31,623 bases of DNA, taken from Acidobacteriota bacterium (lineage in GTDB: Bacteria; Acidobacteriota; Polarisedimenticolia; Gp22-AA2). The notes beneath the pieces were generated by a model. That model made no database searches, was not told where the DNA came from, and saw nothing but the letters and a program-made list of their open reading frames with translations. The stretch covers positions 1 to 31,623 of the forward strand of contig JBGPLZ010000031.1 in assembly GCA_041486695.1 (NCBI GenBank), given 5' to 3'. Made by a program: the position numbers and the translations under genes. Below, one piece after another: positions 27,972 to 31,623 of the stretch. Every line of letters begins with the position of its first letter. Within the stretch, counting starts at the first letter, position 1.

Positions 27972-30545
27972 CTAGTGATCCTTGCCGTTGCCGCCGCCGG
28001 GAGCCGGCTCCAGGGTCCCCCCGGACGGTCCGGCTCCCTCGCCCGGCTCGCTCTCCTCGCCCTGGATGCCGCCCGACGGCGACCCTCCCGGCCCCGCGAC
28101 TTCGTCGCCTTCGGCCACCGGCGCCACGGCCACGACCTTGTCGTCGTCGTCGAGGTGGATCAGGCGCACGCCCTGCGTCGGCCGCCCGAGAAGGGAGATG
28201 TCCTTGACGTTCGTCCGGATGATCTTGCCGAAAGCGGTGATCACCATCACCTGGTCGTCGGTCTCCACCTCCATCGCCTGGACCACCGGGCCGTTCTTGT
28301 CGGTGACCTTGAAGTTGATGATGCCGCTGCCGCCCCGGCCCTGCAGACGATACTCGGGGATCTCGGTCCTTTTGGCATACCCTTTCTCGCTGACCGTCAG
28401 GATGGTGCTGTCCTTGGCGGCCTTCAGGACGTCCATCTCGACGATGACGTCTCCTTCGGCCAGGCGCATGCCGATCACGCCGCGGGCGCCGCGACCCATC
28501 GCCCGGACGTCGTCCTCGGCGAAGCGGATCGACTGCCCCTGGGCGGTCGCCATGAAGATCTCCTGCTTGCCGTCGGTCAGCTTGACCGACAGCAGCTCGT
28601 CCCCTTCATCCACCCCCGTGCCGATAATGCCACCGGCACGCGGGTTGCCATAAGCCGACAGCGCGGTCTTCTTGATGATCCCCTTGCGAGTGCAGAAGAC
28701 CACGTGCTGATCGTCCCTGAACTCCTTGGTCGCGACCAGGGCGGCGACCTTCTCGCCGGTCTGGAGCTCGACAAAGTTGACGATGTTCTTCCCCTTGCCG
28801 GCGGCGCCGATCTGCGGGATCTCGTGGACCTTCAGCCAGTGCACCCGGCCCCGGGTGGTGAAGATCAGGATCGACGCGTGGGTGGAGGCGACGAACAGGT
28901 GCTCGACGAAATCCTCCTCCCGCGTGGTCATGCCGATCTTTCCCTTGCCTCCCCGCCGCTGGCTGCGGTAGAGCGACAGCGGATTGCGCTTCATGTAGCC
29001 GGCGTGGGAGACGGTGATGACCATCTCCTCCTCGGCGATCATGTCCTCGACCGAGATCTCCCCTGCCTGCGGGACGATCTCGGTGCGCCGCGCATCGGGG
29101 TGGTTCTTGCGGATCTCCTTGAGCTCTTCGACGATCATGCTGAACACCAGCCGCTCGTTGGCCAGGATCTCCTTGAGCCGGGCGATCTGCTTCAGCGTCT
29201 CGGTGTACTCGTCGACGATCTTCTGGCGCTCCAGGCCGGTCAGGCGCTGCAGCCGCATGTCGAGGATCGCCTGCGCCTGGATGTCGGAGAGCTTGAAGCG
29301 CAGGCGCATCGCCTGGCGCGCGTCGTCAGGCGTCTTGGCCGATTTGATCAGGGCGATCATCTCGTCGAGATTGTCGAGGGCGATCTTGAGCCCCTCGAGG
29401 ATGTGGGCCCGCTCCTCGGCCCGCGCCAGCTCGAACGCGGTGCGCCTCGTCATCACCTCGCGCCGATGATCGATGAAGTGCCCGATCATCTGCTTGAGGT
29501 TGAGCACCTGGGGGCGGTTGTTGACGATCGCCAGGAAGATCGCCCCGAAGCTGTCCTGCATCTGGGTGTGCTTGTAGAGGTTGTTCAGGATCACCTTGGG
29601 CACCGCGTCGCGGCGCAGATCGAGAACCACGCGGATGCCATCGCGGTCGGACTCGTCGCGGATGTCGGTGATGCCGTCGATCTTCTTTTGATTGACCAGG
29701 CCGGCGATCTGCTCTATGAGCCGCGTCTTGTTGACCTGGTAAGGAATTTCGGTGATGACGATCTTGTCCTTGCCCCGCTTGCCGCCTTCCTCGATGGTCG
29801 CCCGGGCGCGCATGGTGATGATGCCGCGGCCGGTCCGGTAGGCCTGCAGGAACCCCTCGCGCCCGAGGATGTACCCTGACGTCGGGAAGTCGGGCCCCTT
29901 GACGTGCTGCAACAGGGCGTCCATGGTGATCTCGGGGTCCTCGATCTGCGCGATGACGGCGTTCACCACCTCGGTCATGTTGTGCGGCGGGATGTTCGTC
30001 GCCATGCCGACGGCGATGCCGGAGGAGCCGTTGACCAGGAGGTTCGGGAAGCGGCTCGGCAGCACCAGCGGCTCGAGCTGCTGGCCATCGTAGTTCGGGC
30101 CGTAATCAACCGTGTCCTTCTCGATGTCGGCCAGCATCTCGTGCGCCAGCCGGGCCATCCGGATTTCGGTGTAGCGCATGGCGGCCGCAGCGTCCCCGTC
30201 GATCGACCCGAAGTTCCCCTGCCCGTCCACCAGCGGGTAGCGCATGGAAAAATCCTGCGCCATGCGCACGATCGTGTCGTAGATGGCGGTGTCACCGTGC
30301 GGGTGGTACTTCCCCATGACGTCTCCGACGATGCGCGCGGCCTTCTTGTACGGCTTGTCATGGTCGTTCCCCGCCTCGTGCATGGCAAACAGGACGCGGC
30401 GGTGGACCGGCTTGAAGCCGTCGCGGATGTCGGGCAGGGCCCTGCCGATGATCACGCTCATGGCGTAATCGAGGTAGGACCGCCGCATCTCGTCTTCGAT
30501 GTCGACTCGGGAGATCTCGCCTGGTGTCTGGGTTGTCTCGCTCAT
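27972..30545 (-). CDS. gyrA: DNA gyrase subunit A
   Basis: '[31 protein letters not shown]' carries the active-site Tyr region, followed by the GyrA beta-pinwheel C-terminal domain and a Gly/Glu/Pro-rich acidic tail. Confidence 0.9.
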   Translation of the reverse strand: MSETTQTPGEISRVDIEDEMRRSYLDYAMSVIIGRALPDIRDGFKPVHRRVLFAMHEAGNDHDKPYKKAARIVGDVMGKYHPHGDTAIYDTIVRMAQDFSMRYPLVDGQGNFGSIDGDAAAAMRYTEIRMARLAHEMLADIEKDTVDYGPNYDGQQLEPLVLPSRFPNLLVNGSSGIAVGMATNIPPHNMTEVVNAVIAQIEDPEITMDALLQHVKGPDFPTSGYILGREGFLQAYRTGRGIITMRARATIEEGGKRGKDKIVITEIPYQVNKTRLIEQIAGLVNQKKIDGITDIRDESDRDGIRVVLDLRRDAVPKVILNNLYKHTQMQDSFGAIFLAIVNNRPQVLNLKQMIGHFIDHRREVMTRRTAFELARAEERAHILEGLKIALDNLDEMIALIKSAKTPDDARQAMRLRFKLSDIQAQAILDMRLQRLTGLERQKIVDEYTETLKQIARLKEILANERLVFSMIVEELKEIRKNHPDARRTEIVPQAGEISVEDMIAEEEMVITVSHAGYMKRNPLSLYRSQRRGGKGKIGMTTREEDFVEHLFVASTHASILIFTTRGRVHWLKVHEIPQIGAAGKGKNIVNFVELQTGEKVAALVATKEFRDDQHVVFCTRKGIIKKTALSAYGNPRAGGIIGTGVDEGDELLSVKLTDGKQEIFMATAQGQSIRFAEDDVRAMGRGARGVIGMRLAEGDVIVEMDVLKAAKDSTILTVSEKGYAKRTEIPEYRLQGRGGSGIINFKVTDKNGPVVQAMEVETDDQVMVITAFGKIIRTNVKDISLLGRPTQGVRLIHLDDDDKVVAVAPVAEGDEVAGPGGSPSGGIQGEESEPGEGAGPSGGTLEPAPGGGNGKDH

Positions 30546-30579
30546 GCGCCTGTAGGGTGGGGCCCGCGGTCCACGGTCA

Positions 30580-31623
30580 TCAGATGTCGAGGTTGCGGAC
30601 CATGAGAGCGTTCTCTTCGATGAAGCGCCGGCGTGGCTCGACGGTGTCGCCCATGAGGACGGTGAAGATGGCGTCCGCCTCGACGGCGTCGGCGATGTTG
30701 ACCTGCACCAGGCTGCGGGTCTCTGGGTTCATGGTGGTCTCCCAGAGCTGCCCGGGGTTCATCTCGCCGAGCCCCTTGTAGCGCTGGATCGCGATCCCCT
30801 TCTTCCCCTCGTCCATGAGGTAGCGCAGCAGTTCCAGACGGCCCCCGACGCTCACCTCGTGGCCGTCCTCGCAGACGAGGAAGGGAGGCTGCTTCAGATC
30901 CTTGAGATCGCGGTCGAGGCTGGCGAGCGTCCGGTATTCAATCGACGACACGAGATCCCACCCGACCGTGGCCCCGGCATGCCCGCGCGCCTGAGAGGCG
31001 ACGTCAAAGGTGTAGCGCCCGTGCTCCTCGTCCCGCGTCAGCTCCCCGGTCTTGAAGCCGGCTTTCTCGACCGCTTCGCGGACGCCCTCGAGGAGCTCGG
31101 GGGTTTCGAACACGCGCATGTCTTGCATCTGCTGGTCCAGCAGCACCTCGATGAGCGCCGGGTCGAACCCGCGCTTCTTCAGGAGATCGTGGTGCATCTG
31201 ATAGCGCACCAGGCGATCGAGCGCAGCGCGGAGCTCGTTCCCCTCCAGCCGCGATTCACGCGCCGGCACCCTGACCGCGCGCTCCAGGGCGGCGCTGCTC
31301 ATCAGGAAGCGATTCAGCTCGTCGTCGTTCGCCAGGTAGGTCTCGACGCGTCCTTTCTTGACCTTGTAGAGCGGCGGCTGCGCGATGTACAGGTGGCCGC
31401 GCTCGACCACCTGTTTCATCTGCCGGTAGAAGAAGGTCAGAAGCAGCGTCCGGATGTGGGATCCGTCCACGTCAGCGTCGGTCATGATGATGATGCGATG
31501 GTACCGCAGCCGGGTGTGATCGTAATCGTCCTCGCCGATGCCCGTGCCGAGCGCGGTGATGACCGTGCGAATCTCCTGGCTCCCAAGCATCTTGTCGAAG
31601 CGGGCTTTCTCGACGTTCAGGAT
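30580..31623 (-). CDS. gyrB: DNA gyrase subunit B, C-terminal (TOPRIM/GyrB-tail) part; the 5' portion lies beyond the window end
   Basis: '[25 protein letters not shown]' (TOPRIM), '[17 protein letters not shown]' and the C-terminal '...[24 protein letters not shown]' identify it. The ORF remains open to position 31623. Confidence 0.9.
   Translation of the reverse strand: MLNVEKARFDKMLGSQEIRTVITALGTGIGEDDYDHTRLRYHRIIIMTDADVDGSHIRTLLLTFFYRQMKQVVERGHLYIAQPPLYKVKKGRVETYLANDDELNRFLMSSAALERAVRVPARESRLEGNELRAALDRLVRYQMHHDLLKKRGFDPALIEVLLDQQMQDMRVFETPELLEGVREAVEKAGFKTGELTRDEEHGRYTFDVASQARGHAGATVGWDLVSSIEYRTLASLDRDLKDLKQPPFLVCEDGHEVSVGGRLELLRYLMDEGKKGIAIQRYKGLGEMNPGQLWETTMNPETRSLVQVNIADAVEADAIFTVLMGDTVEPRRRFIEENALMVRNLDI

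Noticed and set aside
25566-30605. Plus-strand ORFs 25566..27395, 27906..29879 and 29904..30605 antisense to pccB, tal and gyrA
   Set aside because: They are antisense artefacts, and the sense genes are unambiguous.

Overview
High-GC (~70%) bacterial chromosomal window of 31,623 bp, densely coding, with no rRNA, tRNA or CRISPR array that I can recognise. Gene order: (1) a plus-strand operon of HyfB/C/E/F/G-like membrane subunits plus a hydrogenase large-subunit homolog. That large subunit has lost all four [NiFe]-ligand cysteines and the C-terminal maturation tail, so it is an Ehr-type (energy-converting hydrogenase-related) module. It is translationally coupled to a 1000-aa gene with a membrane anchor, an SPFH domain, an NPP-type phosphodiesterase domain and TPR repeats. 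(2) A convergent minus-strand block: outer-membrane beta-barrel protein, homocysteine S-methyltransferase, a small Cys-containing ORF, and H+-translocating pyrophosphatase. (3) Plus strand: a CBM9-like/DUF5916 protein, an AsnB-family amidotransferase, a 1284-aa fusion of a DUF255/YyaL thioredoxin-like protein with a complete DsbD (alpha, beta and gamma domains), threonine synthase, a small secreted Pro/Thr-repeat Cys6 protein, and GTP cyclohydrolase I. (4) A minus-strand operon gyrB-gyrA-transaldolase/FSA-pccB-accC. The intergenic space between convergent folE and accC holds a 278-bp element bounded by near-perfect ~35-bp inverted repeats. Its CTAG-containing ends supply the stop codons of both flanking genes. 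Related copies of the same ~37-nt repeat (core CTAGGAGCCGG) sit at the thrC start, the accC end, the pccB stop and start, and the gyrA stop. Most of the long ORFs in the six-frame track are antisense GC-rich artefacts.
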